64,000 bases of DNA. Source: a virus. Lineage: Duplodnaviria; Caudoviricetes. The notes beneath the pieces are model-generated. The model did no database searches, was not told the origin of the DNA, and worked only from the letters and a program-made list of their open reading frames with translations. Below are positions 7,911-17,370 of this stretch, one piece after another (position 1 is the stretch's first letter; each line of letters starts with the position of its first letter). The stretch lies in the IMG/VR virus record IMGVR_UViG_3300030613_000008, positions 1 to 64,000 of that record; one strand, 5' to 3'. The position numbers and the translations under genes are program-made.

Positions 7911-9699
7911 CGAAGCCTCGCTGCAACTGATAGCCCGCGCGAGTTCCGGCGGCGACGAAGAGGTTGCCAAACAAGCGCTACAAGCGATGGTTGACCAGAC
8001 GGAGGCGTGGACCAACTCAGGTGCGTTGACGCCTCGGTATCCGCCGGGGTCGTTGCTGTCCATCGTCGAGAAATCTTCCATCCTGCCTCAGTGCCTTGAC
8101 GCGATGGCAACGGGAATCGACGGGTGGGGACATCAATTCAAGGCTCGCATCAACCTGGGTGATGACGACGTTGAGGACCAGATACGCGCTGCAATCGTGC
8201 TAGAGCGCGAGGCGGAAGCGCGAGAGGCGGCACAGGAAAGCGGCGATGACGAGTGGGAAGCGGACTACGACGTGCCGGACGAAGAGGTTGCGGAGCGCCT
8301 CGAAATCCTGTCTCGACAGTTGCCTATCCAGAAGTTCCGCGCCGAGGCGTGGTTCGAGTCCGCGCCGACGGGTGCGCCGTTCATCGAGCTTCGCCAGCGG
8401 ATGCGGAAGGACCAGCACGGGGTAGGTCACGGCGTGTTCGAGTTCGCGCGAGACGCTACGGGCGACCCGACACAGGTCGGCTACATCGCGGCGCACACCA
8501 TCCTCCCGATGGCAAAGCAGCCGCCTCCGGTCGAGGTGGACGTTCAGGTTCCAATATCTCCGATTTCGAATCGTGATGTGTCGCGAGAGGTTCAATTCAG
8601 CATCTACGTTCAGCAAGTCGGCGCGGTGCGAAAATACTTCAAGGAGTTCGGCGACCCGCGTTGCATCTCGCAAGCGACGGGGAAGTGGTACAAGACCGAA
8701 GCCGAGATGGTGCGCGCCGAGACGGTTAAGGGCGGGAGGACAGCAGCAAAGCCCATCCCGGCAACCGAGGTGCTGTACTTCCCGCTTCACTCCGCGCTGT
8801 CCGTGTTGGGCGAGCCGCTGTGGATGGGGCAGGTTCCTAACGTGCTCGGTATCCGCGCGGCCGAAGAGGTCAACTTCACCTACTTCGATGACAAGTGCAT
8901 TCCGCCGGGCGCGTGGATTATCATCGGCGGCATTTTGAGTCAGGACGTGCGGAAGGAACTGGAGAACCACATCCGCACGAAAATCAAAGGGCGGTCCAAC
9001 TTCCACACCCCGCTCATCATTGAGCTTGTCGCACCTCCGGGGGCGCGTGGGGAGAAGGTTGAACAGCCCAAAATCGAATGGATGTCCTTCCGAGGCGACA
9101 TGAAAGAGGACGCGACCCATCTGCTCTACTGCGCTGCGGAGCGCGACAACGTGCGGAGCGCGTTCCGCCTGCCTCGCATCCTGACCGGTGACGTGCAAGA
9201 CGCCTTGGCGCGGGCGAACGCCTACGCCTCGATTGAGTTCGCGAACACGCACGTTTTCTCGACACCACGCGCCGGGTTCGACTGGACCATCAACACGAGG
9301 CTCATGCCAGCGCTCGGTGTCTACCTGTGGAAGTTCGTTAGCAACGGACCGGACACGACGGACCCGGAACAGCTCGCACGAGCCACGGACATCTTCGCCA
9401 ACCGAGGTGGGCTCACCCCGGCAGACGTGCGCAGCATCGCCGCCAAGGGCCTCAACGTGGAACTCGACCCCATAGACGCGCCTTGGATGACGCAGCCGTT
9501 GGCGTTGACGCTGGCGGGCTTGGCGGCAGAGCAATTCGGCGTCCCGGCGGACCGCGTGGGAGCGGAATTGCTTGGAGCGTTCGGACCGGACGGTACACCC
9601 GAGAAGCGAGCGCTGGCGCAAGGCATCTTGAAGGACTACTTCGCGCGGTTCGGCTACGAGTTAGCGGCCGTTCGACCTCTGGAAGTTGGAAATCAGTAG
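7870..9699 (+). CDS. Portal protein (PBSX-like)
   Basis: Follows TerL; EVLYF...GEPLWMG...NFTYFDDKCIP...VRSAFRLPRILTG. Confidence 0.88.
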   Translation: MTKKPKTATTNTDSEASLQLIARASSGGDEEVAKQALQAMVDQTEAWTNSGALTPRYPPGSLLSIVEKSSILPQCLDAMATGIDGWGHQFKARINLGDDDVEDQIRAAIVLEREAEAREAAQESGDDEWEADYDVPDEEVAERLEILSRQLPIQKFRAEAWFESAPTGAPFIELRQRMRKDQHGVGHGVFEFARDATGDPTQVGYIAAHTILPMAKQPPPVEVDVQVPISPISNRDVSREVQFSIYVQQVGAVRKYFKEFGDPRCISQATGKWYKTEAEMVRAETVKGGRTAAKPIPATEVLYFPLHSALSVLGEPLWMGQVPNVLGIRAAEEVNFTYFDDKCIPPGAWIIIGGILSQDVRKELENHIRTKIKGRSNFHTPLIIELVAPPGARGEKVEQPKIEWMSFRGDMKEDATHLLYCAAERDNVRSAFRLPRILTGDVQDALARANAYASIEFANTHVFSTPRAGFDWTINTRLMPALGVYLWKFVSNGPDTTDPEQLARATDIFANRGGLTPADVRSIAAKGLNVELDPIDAPWMTQPLALTLAGLAAEQFGVPADRVGAELLGAFGPDGTPEKRALAQGILKDYFARFGYELAAVRPLEVGNQ

Positions 9700-9702
9700 A
9701 CC

Positions 9703-10089
9703 ATGTACGACGGCCTGTACCACGTCCTACCGACTCCCGAGCGCGCGGGATACGCACGACCGGGGCCTGGGGAAATCATCCGGCATGTTGACCCCCACGG
9801 GCATCCCACGAACAACTGGCGCTTGTGCTGTCCGTTCTGCGGAAAGCGGGTTCACGTCTACGCCGCGCAGATCGGCGATTCGGCCGCGCCAACGTTCGAC
9901 CAGCCGATGCGGTGCGGTTGCACGGCGCGGTGTGGCGAGTGGTTCTACATCAACGCGGGGCGGGCTGTGACGAGCGCTCCGCCTGCGAAGATAGGCGAAG
10001 ACATCATGGAGCGCGCCATGGCGATTCCAGGCGTGCAAGGCAAACCGAGGGGCGTAACCAGTGGCACAGTCGAAGCAAAGAAACCGTGA
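9703..10089 (+). CDS. Cys-rich Zn-binding hypothetical protein
   Basis: CCPFCG...CGC..RC. Confidence 0.6.
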   Translation: MYDGLYHVLPTPERAGYARPGPGEIIRHVDPHGHPTNNWRLCCPFCGKRVHVYAAQIGDSAAPTFDQPMRCGCTARCGEWFYINAGRAVTSAPPAKIGEDIMERAMAIPGVQGKPRGVTSGTVEAKKP

Positions 10090-10219
10090 CGACCAAGACG
10101 AGGACCGACCGAACCCGTCCACGGACAAGGGCGATGAAGAACCCGAGTTCGTCGAGAAGCCGAAGAAACGTGTGAAACTCGGCACGTTCGCCGACATCTG
10201 GCCGAAGGTTAGTCGGTGA
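10061..10219 (+). CDS. 52-aa charged protein missed by the ORF track
   Basis: GAGGGG then GTG at 10061, MAQSKQRNRDDQDED...IWPKVSR*. Its stop overlaps the next start (GTGA). Confidence 0.5.
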   Translation: MAQSKQRNRDDQDEDRPNPSTDKGDEEPEFVEKPKKRVKLGTFADIWPKVSR

Positions 10220-11571
10220 TACGAACCCGTGCAAACGACGGGTACGCTACTCTGTGGCCGCTGCGCTATTACTCTCAGCGGATGGTAGCGTGTGCTGCGC
10301 TCAAGGTCAGGGCGGACACGTGGCGCGCTGCATACGGGTTCTCGATGGTCGTGCGCAGTTCCGATGGCAGGCAGAACCCGCAACGACTGAACGCGGCTAA
10401 CATCGAATCGGCGAGGCGTCACGCCATGATGGCGTTGCCTGCAAAGTCGTGCTCGTGTTGCGCGAAGTCCATGACGGCACCGGGCGCGACGGTGGACCTG
10501 TACCGCGCCTTGACCATCGGCGAGTCCGACCAAATCCTGTGGCAGCGAATCGAGACGATAGACGAGGTGGACCGGCCGGACCGGCACGATTGGTACGTCG
10601 ACACGAACGGCGTCCGCAAGGAAGCGGCGGCAGTCGACGCGCAATCGGTGGCCGTGGCGGAACTCGCGGCGGCGCTTGCCAAGGTGCGTGAGGAGTGGTC
10701 CGACGAAGAGTTCCATCGATTCACGGACCGCCTGAAATCCGCCGAGTGGGCGAGCATGACGGAGGCACAACGCGAGGGCGTGTGGGCGGCGGCTGTCGCT
10801 GCGTTCCGGCAAGCGGACGTGCGCGGCCTCATCTCCGAATGGCGCAAGACCACGACGGCGCACGCCGTGCCGTTCGCTGAACTGACCCGCGAGCGACTGA
10901 AAGAATCCATGCTGCCGCGCATCTCGGCAACGCTATCGCAGCCGGACCTTGACGCGGTGAACGCGGTGGGCGAGCAAGCCGGGTTGTTCGTGCGTGACCA
11001 ACTTGGCCTCGAATCCGAGGCATTGACGGTGCGGGGCAAGGAAATCGTGGCGCGTGGATTGCGGGACGGGCTCGGGCGCGAGGCCATCGGCATGGAACTG
11101 CGCGCCGAGATTCCCGAGATGTGGGCGAAGTACGGGGTGAACTACTCCAATGTCGTGGCGAGCAATTCCATCGAACGGGCGCGGTCGATTTCGCAGACTG
11201 CTTCATACCGTGACGCCGAAGTTACACGATACGAAATCGTTGCACTTGAAGACGAGAGGATGTGCGCGGTCTGCGGTTATCTTAATGGTCAGGTGATTAC
11301 CGTATCCAACGCGAGCAAGATACAAGAGGCGGTTGCAGAAGCGAGGAACATTGCGGAACTCAGAGAGGCAAATCCGTTTGTCGGAGTGAAGCTAGACGCA
11401 GAGACCGGGCGCAAGGTTCTTCGTACCGACCGTGGCGTTGACATCGCGCGCTTCAACGATGCGGGACGTCACGAACCGATTGTTTCAGGCGATGCGCTTG
11501 CAACCGAGGCGGGCGTTGCGCTACCACCATTTCATATGTCGTGTCGTTGCACGACTATTCCTGTAATCTGA
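10216..11571 (+). CDS. Head morphogenesis protein (Mu gpF / SPP1 gp7 family)
   Basis: DERMCAVCGYLNG and LPPFHMSCRC motifs; located after portal. Confidence 0.85.
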   Translation: MIRTRANDGYATLWPLRYYSQRMVACAALKVRADTWRAAYGFSMVVRSSDGRQNPQRLNAANIESARRHAMMALPAKSCSCCAKSMTAPGATVDLYRALTIGESDQILWQRIETIDEVDRPDRHDWYVDTNGVRKEAAAVDAQSVAVAELAAALAKVREEWSDEEFHRFTDRLKSAEWASMTEAQREGVWAAAVAAFRQADVRGLISEWRKTTTAHAVPFAELTRERLKESMLPRISATLSQPDLDAVNAVGEQAGLFVRDQLGLESEALTVRGKEIVARGLRDGLGREAIGMELRAEIPEMWAKYGVNYSNVVASNSIERARSISQTASYRDAEVTRYEIVALEDERMCAVCGYLNGQVITVSNASKIQEAVAEARNIAELREANPFVGVKLDAETGRKVLRTDRGVDIARFNDAGRHEPIVSGDALATEAGVALPPFHMSCRCTTIPVI

Positions 11572-11583
11572 AAGGGGATTGAA

Positions 11584-11916
11584 TTGGAAATCATCATTAG
11601 AAAGCCCATCGGTCTAGCCTCGCTTGCCGACCTCGCTCTTGACCCCAAGGCGTTGCAGCGTGCTACCTTGGGGGTGGTAAAGGCCGTCAAGGAGTCATTC
11701 GGCAATGCTGAATCGATGTCGAAAATTGAGGCTGAACGGCGAGTCGAGACGGCCGTCCGTTTCATTTTGCGGTGTGTCGGAGACGGCGGCATGTCAGTGA
11801 CGCGCGCCTTGACGTTTCTTCCAACGGCCTTGCCGGTAGAACTGGCGGGTCTTGAATTTCCGGTCCCGACCGGAGACGTTTTCAAAGTACCGGAACCACG
11901 GAGGACAAACCGATGA
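11584..11916 (+). CDS. Hypothetical protein
   Basis: Fills the gap; ATGA overlap with the next gene. Confidence 0.5.
   Translation: MEIIIRKPIGLASLADLALDPKALQRATLGVVKAVKESFGNAESMSKIEAERRVETAVRFILRCVGDGGMSVTRALTFLPTALPVELAGLEFPVPTGDVFKVPEPRRTNR
11639..11669 (+). promoter_or_regulatory. Putative late promoter (19-bp spacer)
   Basis: TTGACC-N16-TGC-TACCTT. Confidence 0.55.
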
Positions 11917-12638
11917 AGACCGAGAAAAAGACGATGACGCTGGCGAAGTTCACGGAGTTCGCGAAGTCCGAGACGGACGCTCTCATGGCGAAGCCGAACG
12001 CCGACCGTGCCACGGTGCTCAAGGCCAACTTCGAGAAGGCGTCGAAAGTCGAGAAGGCGGACGCGGAGTTCGAAATCGAAGTGCTCGCCGAGGAGCCGGT
12101 TCCGGTGGACCTCACGGCCATCAACGCAAAACTGGACAAGATCGACGCGGCGGTTGCGGCGTTCGCTTCTGGTGTCACCGCCAAGGCGGCGTTCGATGCG
12201 GTCGTGACGAAGCAGGGCATCGCGGTGTCGCTGGCTGTCGAGTTGCTGTCGGCGAAGTCCGTCGAGGGTGAGTACGACATCGGCGCGGCCGTTGTTGCCG
12301 CTTGTGACGCGCTCGGCAAGTCCGAGACTCCTCCCGACGCGGCCATGGTCGCGGAAGTCGGCGAGGCCGTGAAGTCGGCGTACACCGTGAAGGCCGATGC
12401 CGCGAAGGTCTCCGATGAGGCCGCGAAGAAAGCGGCCGAAGAGAAGGCCAAGGCGGACGCCGCCGCTGCGGCTGCGAAAGCCGACACGTGTGAGCAGTGC
12501 GGCGCTTCGATGGGTGGCGAGGACGTTTGCCCGGAGTGTGGTTGGAAGAAGGGGACGCCCGTCGACAAGAAAGCTGCGAAGCGTTCGACGGCGGTGGGCT
12601 CCTACAAGGACCGCTACACCGGCAAGGCAGCCGAGTAG
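11913..12638 (+). CDS. Ala/Lys-rich scaffold-like head protein with Zn ribbon
   Basis: Helical composition, CEQC...CPEC, C-terminal YKDRYTGK. Confidence 0.55.
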   Translation: MKTEKKTMTLAKFTEFAKSETDALMAKPNADRATVLKANFEKASKVEKADAEFEIEVLAEEPVPVDLTAINAKLDKIDAAVAAFASGVTAKAAFDAVVTKQGIAVSLAVELLSAKSVEGEYDIGAAVVAACDALGKSETPPDAAMVAEVGEAVKSAYTVKADAAKVSDEAAKKAAEEKAKADAAAAAAKADTCEQCGASMGGEDVCPECGWKKGTPVDKKAAKRSTAVGSYKDRYTGKAAE

Positions 12639-12641
12639 TCC

Positions 12642-13334
12642 ATGCCGCTCTCCATCTACAAAGGGCTCGACAAGGACGGCGCGGACGTTACCGTGTTGTC
12701 TGGCGACCCGTTGACGGACGCCATCTCCAAGGCGGCGGCGGACTACACGGGCTCGCCTCTCGGTGCGCCTCGTGACGGGTGCGTGCTCACGAAGGTCGCG
12801 GAGATAGACCTCGTGCCGAGCGTCAAGCGCGTTGCGTCCGAAGACGTCGTGTTCATGTCGCCGCAGGCACCGCCGAAGCCGGAGTTCAAGCCGGTTGAGA
12901 AGCGCGTGGCCATGATGAATGCGACCATGCTCGGCGTGTTGTGTAGCAGTCTCATCGTCAAGGCAGAAGAGACGGAGATGGGGCTGGCGACGGGCATCGT
13001 CATGGAGCCCGACACTGTCGACACGCAGAAGCAGAAGACGACTGCCGAGGACATCGAGAAGGCCATGATCTATTGGGCCTGCAACGGTGGCTCGGTGGAC
13101 CTCATGCACTCGTTCGAAGCCATCATGGACGAGCGGGTGGATGTCGTTGAGAACTGGATTTGCCGCGCCGAGTTCATGCTTGGCGACTACGCCGTGAAGG
13201 TGGGCACGTGGCTGTCCACGACGAAGTGGCAGACGGACGGCAAGTATTGGGCGGCCATCAAAGACGGCACGTTCAACGCCTACAGCATCGGCGGCCTTGG
13301 GCAGACGGTTCCCGCAGACGGTGAGGCAGCGTAG
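12642..13334 (+). CDS. XkdF-like prohead serine protease
   Basis: GIVMEPDTVDTQ, DIEKAM, DLMHS, VVENWI, GTWL, WAAIKDGTFNAYSIGG. Confidence 0.85.
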   Translation: MPLSIYKGLDKDGADVTVLSGDPLTDAISKAAADYTGSPLGAPRDGCVLTKVAEIDLVPSVKRVASEDVVFMSPQAPPKPEFKPVEKRVAMMNATMLGVLCSSLIVKAEETEMGLATGIVMEPDTVDTQKQKTTAEDIEKAMIYWACNGGSVDLMHSFEAIMDERVDVVENWICRAEFMLGDYAVKVGTWLSTTKWQTDGKYWAAIKDGTFNAYSIGGLGQTVPADGEAA

Positions 13335-13336
13335 CG

Positions 13337-13915
13337 ATGGCTTTCACTACCCTCATGGTGACGCCGGTCCCGGACGAATTCGAAGACCCGTTCTTCGCGA
13401 CGATGAACAACGCGGGTGGCTACTTCGAAACCATCGATGCGTGGGTTCAAGCGTTGCGCGAGGACGCGGACATCCAAATCACCGAGGACGGCGCACCGTG
13501 GACGGTGGACGTTGGGACAAGCACGGTCGCGTGGGGGAGCAACATCGTGCTGCGGTCCGGGACGAACGGCGGAACCATCACCATCAACGCGGGGTCTATC
13601 GTTTGCCCGACGCCTGGCTTGATGTACGTGACGCTTGCGGCTCGCCCGCTTTCGGCTCCGGTCGTGTTGGCGATGGCGGCGGCGTCCACGAAGACGGCGC
13701 TTGCGATAAATGAAATCGTGGTCGGCATCCGCCAAGGTGCCGTGGCGATGCTGCGAAGCCTGGTCGCGACACACGTCCCGAACATCTACACATGGGCAGG
13801 GAATCCGAACCTGAACGTCACGGCGTCCAAGGTCGGCGACCAGTGCGTTGACACGGTGAACAGTCTGACCTACGTGGCCTACGCTGCGGACAATTCGCAT
13901 TGGCAGATAGGTTGA
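13337..13915 (+). CDS. Putative virion structural protein
   Basis: Beta-rich composition; lies within the head operon. Confidence 0.55.
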   Translation: MAFTTLMVTPVPDEFEDPFFATMNNAGGYFETIDAWVQALREDADIQITEDGAPWTVDVGTSTVAWGSNIVLRSGTNGGTITINAGSIVCPTPGLMYVTLAARPLSAPVVLAMAAASTKTALAINEIVVGIRQGAVAMLRSLVATHVPNIYTWAGNPNLNVTASKVGDQCVDTVNSLTYVAYAADNSHWQIG

Positions 13916-13919
13916 AACC

Positions 13920-14840
13920 ATGGCATGCGGCGGAAAAAAGAAGCCCGAAGAGAAGGACGATGACGTCACAAGACTGACAAACGTGCGTCCGTTCTACATC
14001 TCATTGGTGGACTACGGTGCGAACCACGGAGGGCGTGACCATCACTTCGCGCTCAAGAGCACGGGTGCAATCGCGAAGCGCGTGCCGGACGCGGACGCAG
14101 AGAACGAAGACAAGCAGAAGGCGTTGTCGGAGCGCGCGACGTCCTACGGTATCGAGGCGCGAGAGGATGCCGCGCTGTCGTATCCGGCGGACTCGCCGAC
14201 GACAGAAGCGATGTACGGCGATCCCGTCAACCTCAAGTACCCCACAGGGGACGCATCGAACGCGGTGGACTTAGGTCGCATCCGCAACGCGCTTGCCCGG
14301 TTCAGGCAGGCATACGAGGAGTACACGAAAGACGCATCTCGCGCCCGCGTGTACGCTCGCATCGTGCGTGCGGCGCTCGACAACGGCGTGGAAGTCTCCT
14401 ACGACGAATCCGACCCGGTTGACGCCTTGCTCCCCGCTGACCTCAAGGCGGAGTTGCAGAAGCCGAAAGAGGAAGCCGCGAAGAACCATCTGGCGTTCCT
14501 TGCGATGCGTGCCGAAATCGCTTCGTTGTCGACGAAACTCGTAGAGAAATCCGAGCCGACTCCGATACCGCAACCCGACACGACACTTGACGAAATAGAG
14601 CGGCTACATGCTACCGTCAAATCAGCGAACGATAGCGTTGCAACTCTCAACAAAGAGAACGCGACGCTGGTCGAGACCGTGAAGAGTTTGGAGACGAAGT
14701 TGAAAACGGCCCTCGTGAAAACATCTCGCGTGCAACGTCCGGCGACGACACTTGCCGGGATGCACCCGAATGGTGAGGCCGTTGTCGACAAGGGAACCGC
14801 CGGGACGGCGTACAAGTCCCGTTACACAGGGCGGCCATAA
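13920..14840 (+). CDS. Capsid scaffolding protein
   Basis: ISLVDYGAN motif, YGDPVNLKYP...RIRNALARF domain (DUF6582-like), C-terminal coiled coil. Directly before the MCP. Confidence 0.65.
   Translation: MACGGKKKPEEKDDDVTRLTNVRPFYISLVDYGANHGGRDHHFALKSTGAIAKRVPDADAENEDKQKALSERATSYGIEAREDAALSYPADSPTTEAMYGDPVNLKYPTGDASNAVDLGRIRNALARFRQAYEEYTKDASRARVYARIVRAALDNGVEVSYDESDPVDALLPADLKAELQKPKEEAAKNHLAFLAMRAEIASLSTKLVEKSEPTPIPQPDTTLDEIERLHATVKSANDSVATLNKENATLVETVKSLETKLKTALVKTSRVQRPATTLAGMHPNGEAVVDKGTAGTAYKSRYTGRP
14587..14617 (+). promoter_or_regulatory. Putative late promoter (19-bp spacer) upstream of MCP
   Basis: TTGACG-N16-TGC-TACCGT. Confidence 0.55.
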
Positions 14841-14858
14841 CGCCGCACGGAGGAAGAG

Positions 14859-15803
14859 ATGGCACTGTCAAACCAGGAACTCATCCAGAAGGCCGATCTG
14901 GCGCACGATGCGCTGCGGACCGATGGCGGCGAGTTGGCCCCGACGAAGTTCAACACGTTCGTTGACCGCGCCGTGGCGGCGACCGAGTTGCTTCCGCTCG
15001 CGCGGACCATCACGCAGGGCAGCACGCAAGAGTACATCCCGAAGATAAAGTTCGTCGGGCGCGTGGCGCACTACCAGCCCGTCGCTGGCAACGCGCTGTC
15101 GCTGGCGCAGCGGAGCGCCCCGGTGCTGTCCGAGGTCAAGTTGGAGACGCACGAGTTCGTGGCGGAGTGCTCCCTGACCTACTCGCAGCTCGAAGACAAC
15201 GTCATGCGGAACAACCTGGAAGCCCACCTCATTGAGTACATGGGGAAGCTCATCGGGAAGGACACGCAGGACAACGTGTTGAACGGCGACACCACGTCGG
15301 CGACGTTCGACCTCACGCCGTTCGACGGCCTGCGGACGCTCGTCACGACCAACACGGTGGATGCGCTGTCTGCGGCTATCGACATCGACAAGTTCGAAGA
15401 GGCGCTGTCCACGCTGCCCGAGGAGTTCCTGGGGCAGATGAACAAGCTCAAGTTCATGATGAGTCACACCGAGATGCGGAAGTACCGCAAGGAGTTGTCC
15501 GCTCGTATCGGTGCGCTCGGCGACGCGATGCTCACGAAACTCGGCGGCGGCATGGCGCAGCTCGACGTGGACCTGCTGGCCCTCAGCGGTTGGCCGAACA
15601 CGCTCGGCATCGGTGGCAACCTGACCGACATCGTTCTCACCGACCCCGAGAACATCATCATCTCCTACTGGCGCAAGGTCATGATGGAGATGGAGCAGGA
15701 CAAGCGGGCTCGCCGCGTCCACTTCATCTGGTCCTATCGCGTCGGTTGCGCGATGGAAGAGGAAGAGGCGGCGGTCAAGATCGAGAACGTGCTGGTCGCG
15801 TAG
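14859..15803 (+). CDS. Major capsid protein (HK97 fold, XkdG/P2-like)
   Basis: GGELAP..F..FVD, LTYSQLEDN, NGDT, FDG, LTDPENII. Strong SD and strong codon bias. Confidence 0.88.
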   Translation: MALSNQELIQKADLAHDALRTDGGELAPTKFNTFVDRAVAATELLPLARTITQGSTQEYIPKIKFVGRVAHYQPVAGNALSLAQRSAPVLSEVKLETHEFVAECSLTYSQLEDNVMRNNLEAHLIEYMGKLIGKDTQDNVLNGDTTSATFDLTPFDGLRTLVTTNTVDALSAAIDIDKFEEALSTLPEEFLGQMNKLKFMMSHTEMRKYRKELSARIGALGDAMLTKLGGGMAQLDVDLLALSGWPNTLGIGGNLTDIVLTDPENIIISYWRKVMMEMEQDKRARRVHFIWSYRVGCAMEEEEAAVKIENVLVA

Positions 15804-15894
15804 TTCGGTTGGCGGATGGGTGGCCCGCCGTAGGTGCCGCCAACGTTCGAGGACGAAGTGAATCACGGCGGCGTGACCGCCGATGGAGGATGAA

Positions 15895-16518
15895 ATGGCG
15901 ATTGTCACGATGGCACAGACGAACGAAGCTGGCGACGGCTCCGGTGTTTCCCTCAAGGCGCGCACGGTTCGTTGGACCGGCGATGCGGCCTACCCGGACG
16001 GCGGGTCGGCCATCACGACCATTCTCCGCACGACCTGCGAAGACGGCGGCGTGACTCCGGTGGCCGTGGTTCCGGGCGACTGCGGCGTCTACCGTCCGAT
16101 CATCACCGAGACCCCGGCGACCCTGCTCACGCAGGTTGTCGCGTGGCCGGTGGCGGACCAGGACACGAACACCATCCTCTACAAGCTCAACGGCGCGGCC
16201 GTGGCGACGCTCACGCTGGCCGGCGCGCACACCGCGCGGGCGCATCTTGCCGCGAGCATCGATGCCATCGCGGGATTGCAGGCGTACGACGACGGCGTCC
16301 AGGTCACGGTCAAGACGGACCTCAAGGGGCCGAATGCGTCCTTCCAGGTCACGGGCGGCACGGCGAACGCGGTCTACCTGTTCAGCACCACGGCGGTCGT
16401 AGGGTCCACTGCGAAGTTGCTCAAGGTGATGACCGAAGCGAACGTCGACGTCGGGCACGATGCCCCGTCCACGAACCTGTCCGCGACGGAGTTCAACGCG
16501 ACGTTCCTCTGCGAGTAA
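15895..16518 (+). CDS. Putative head decoration protein carrying a QVTGGTAN module
   Basis: Follows the MCP; GDAAYPDGG N-terminus, TNLSATEF C-terminus. Confidence 0.65.
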   Translation: MAIVTMAQTNEAGDGSGVSLKARTVRWTGDAAYPDGGSAITTILRTTCEDGGVTPVAVVPGDCGVYRPIITETPATLLTQVVAWPVADQDTNTILYKLNGAAVATLTLAGAHTARAHLAASIDAIAGLQAYDDGVQVTVKTDLKGPNASFQVTGGTANAVYLFSTTAVVGSTAKLLKVMTEANVDVGHDAPSTNLSATEFNATFLCE

Positions 16519-16625
16519 TCGCTTGGAACCCGGGCGACGACCGCACGGACTGTCCGATCCCCTCGGTAACGTGCGGCCGTTTGCCCCTTTACTCAGGGGA
16601 TTGACCAGAAACGGAGAGTAGAGAG

Positions 16626-17342
16626 ATGTCAGAGAAAACCAAGGTCTACGCAGTTCAAATGGTAGAGTACAACCCGCAGGTGGGGAACGTCCGCAAGGGG
16701 TTCACTATCTCGGGCGTCATGTCGTTTCGCGCTGGCATGGCGGCGAAAGGTTCGACGTTCGTCCCGAGCCCCATCGTGCCCATCAAGGAACCGAACAAGC
16801 CCATCAAATTCGGCGACAAGACGGTGCCGCTGTTCGAGTTGCTGACCGGGAAGAACCCGGACCAGCCGGACAGCTACTACTTCAGCCAGCCGGGCAAGCC
16901 GAACCTCCCCGTGTTCCGCAAGCTGGTAGCCGAGGACATGACGGAACTGAAAACGGCCGTCGACAAGCAGGCGCAGGCGCGGGCGCAGGTTGGGCAGTCG
17001 GGCGTTCCGGCTCCCATCATGGGCGTGCGCGGTACGAACGAACGCATCAAGGAGCCGCAGGTCAAGACGGTTGAGCAGATTCTCGAAGAGGGTCGCAACG
17101 TGACGTCGGACGGCCCTGCGGAAGAGAAGCCCGTCGAAACCAAGGACGCCGACTTCCGCGCCATCGTCGCGGCGGTCAACGACCGTTCGATGCCGAGCCG
17201 CATGGGAGTCGTGGAACTGGAGACCATCAAGACGTCTCTGTCTGCCGATGACCTCACGTTCGTTCACGAGAACGGCGCGGCGAAGTTGCGCGATTGGGCG
17301 CGGCGCGAGATGGACACGAGGGCTACACCGAAGGCGGAGTAA
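16626..17342 (+). CDS. Hypothetical protein (head/neck region)
   Basis: SD, codon bias. Confidence 0.6.
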   Translation: MSEKTKVYAVQMVEYNPQVGNVRKGFTISGVMSFRAGMAAKGSTFVPSPIVPIKEPNKPIKFGDKTVPLFELLTGKNPDQPDSYYFSQPGKPNLPVFRKLVAEDMTELKTAVDKQAQARAQVGQSGVPAPIMGVRGTNERIKEPQVKTVEQILEEGRNVTSDGPAEEKPVETKDADFRAIVAAVNDRSMPSRMGVVELETIKTSLSADDLTFVHENGAAKLRDWARREMDTRATPKAE

Positions 17343-17370
17343 TTCGCGCGAGTAGCGCGGCGAGGGTACG

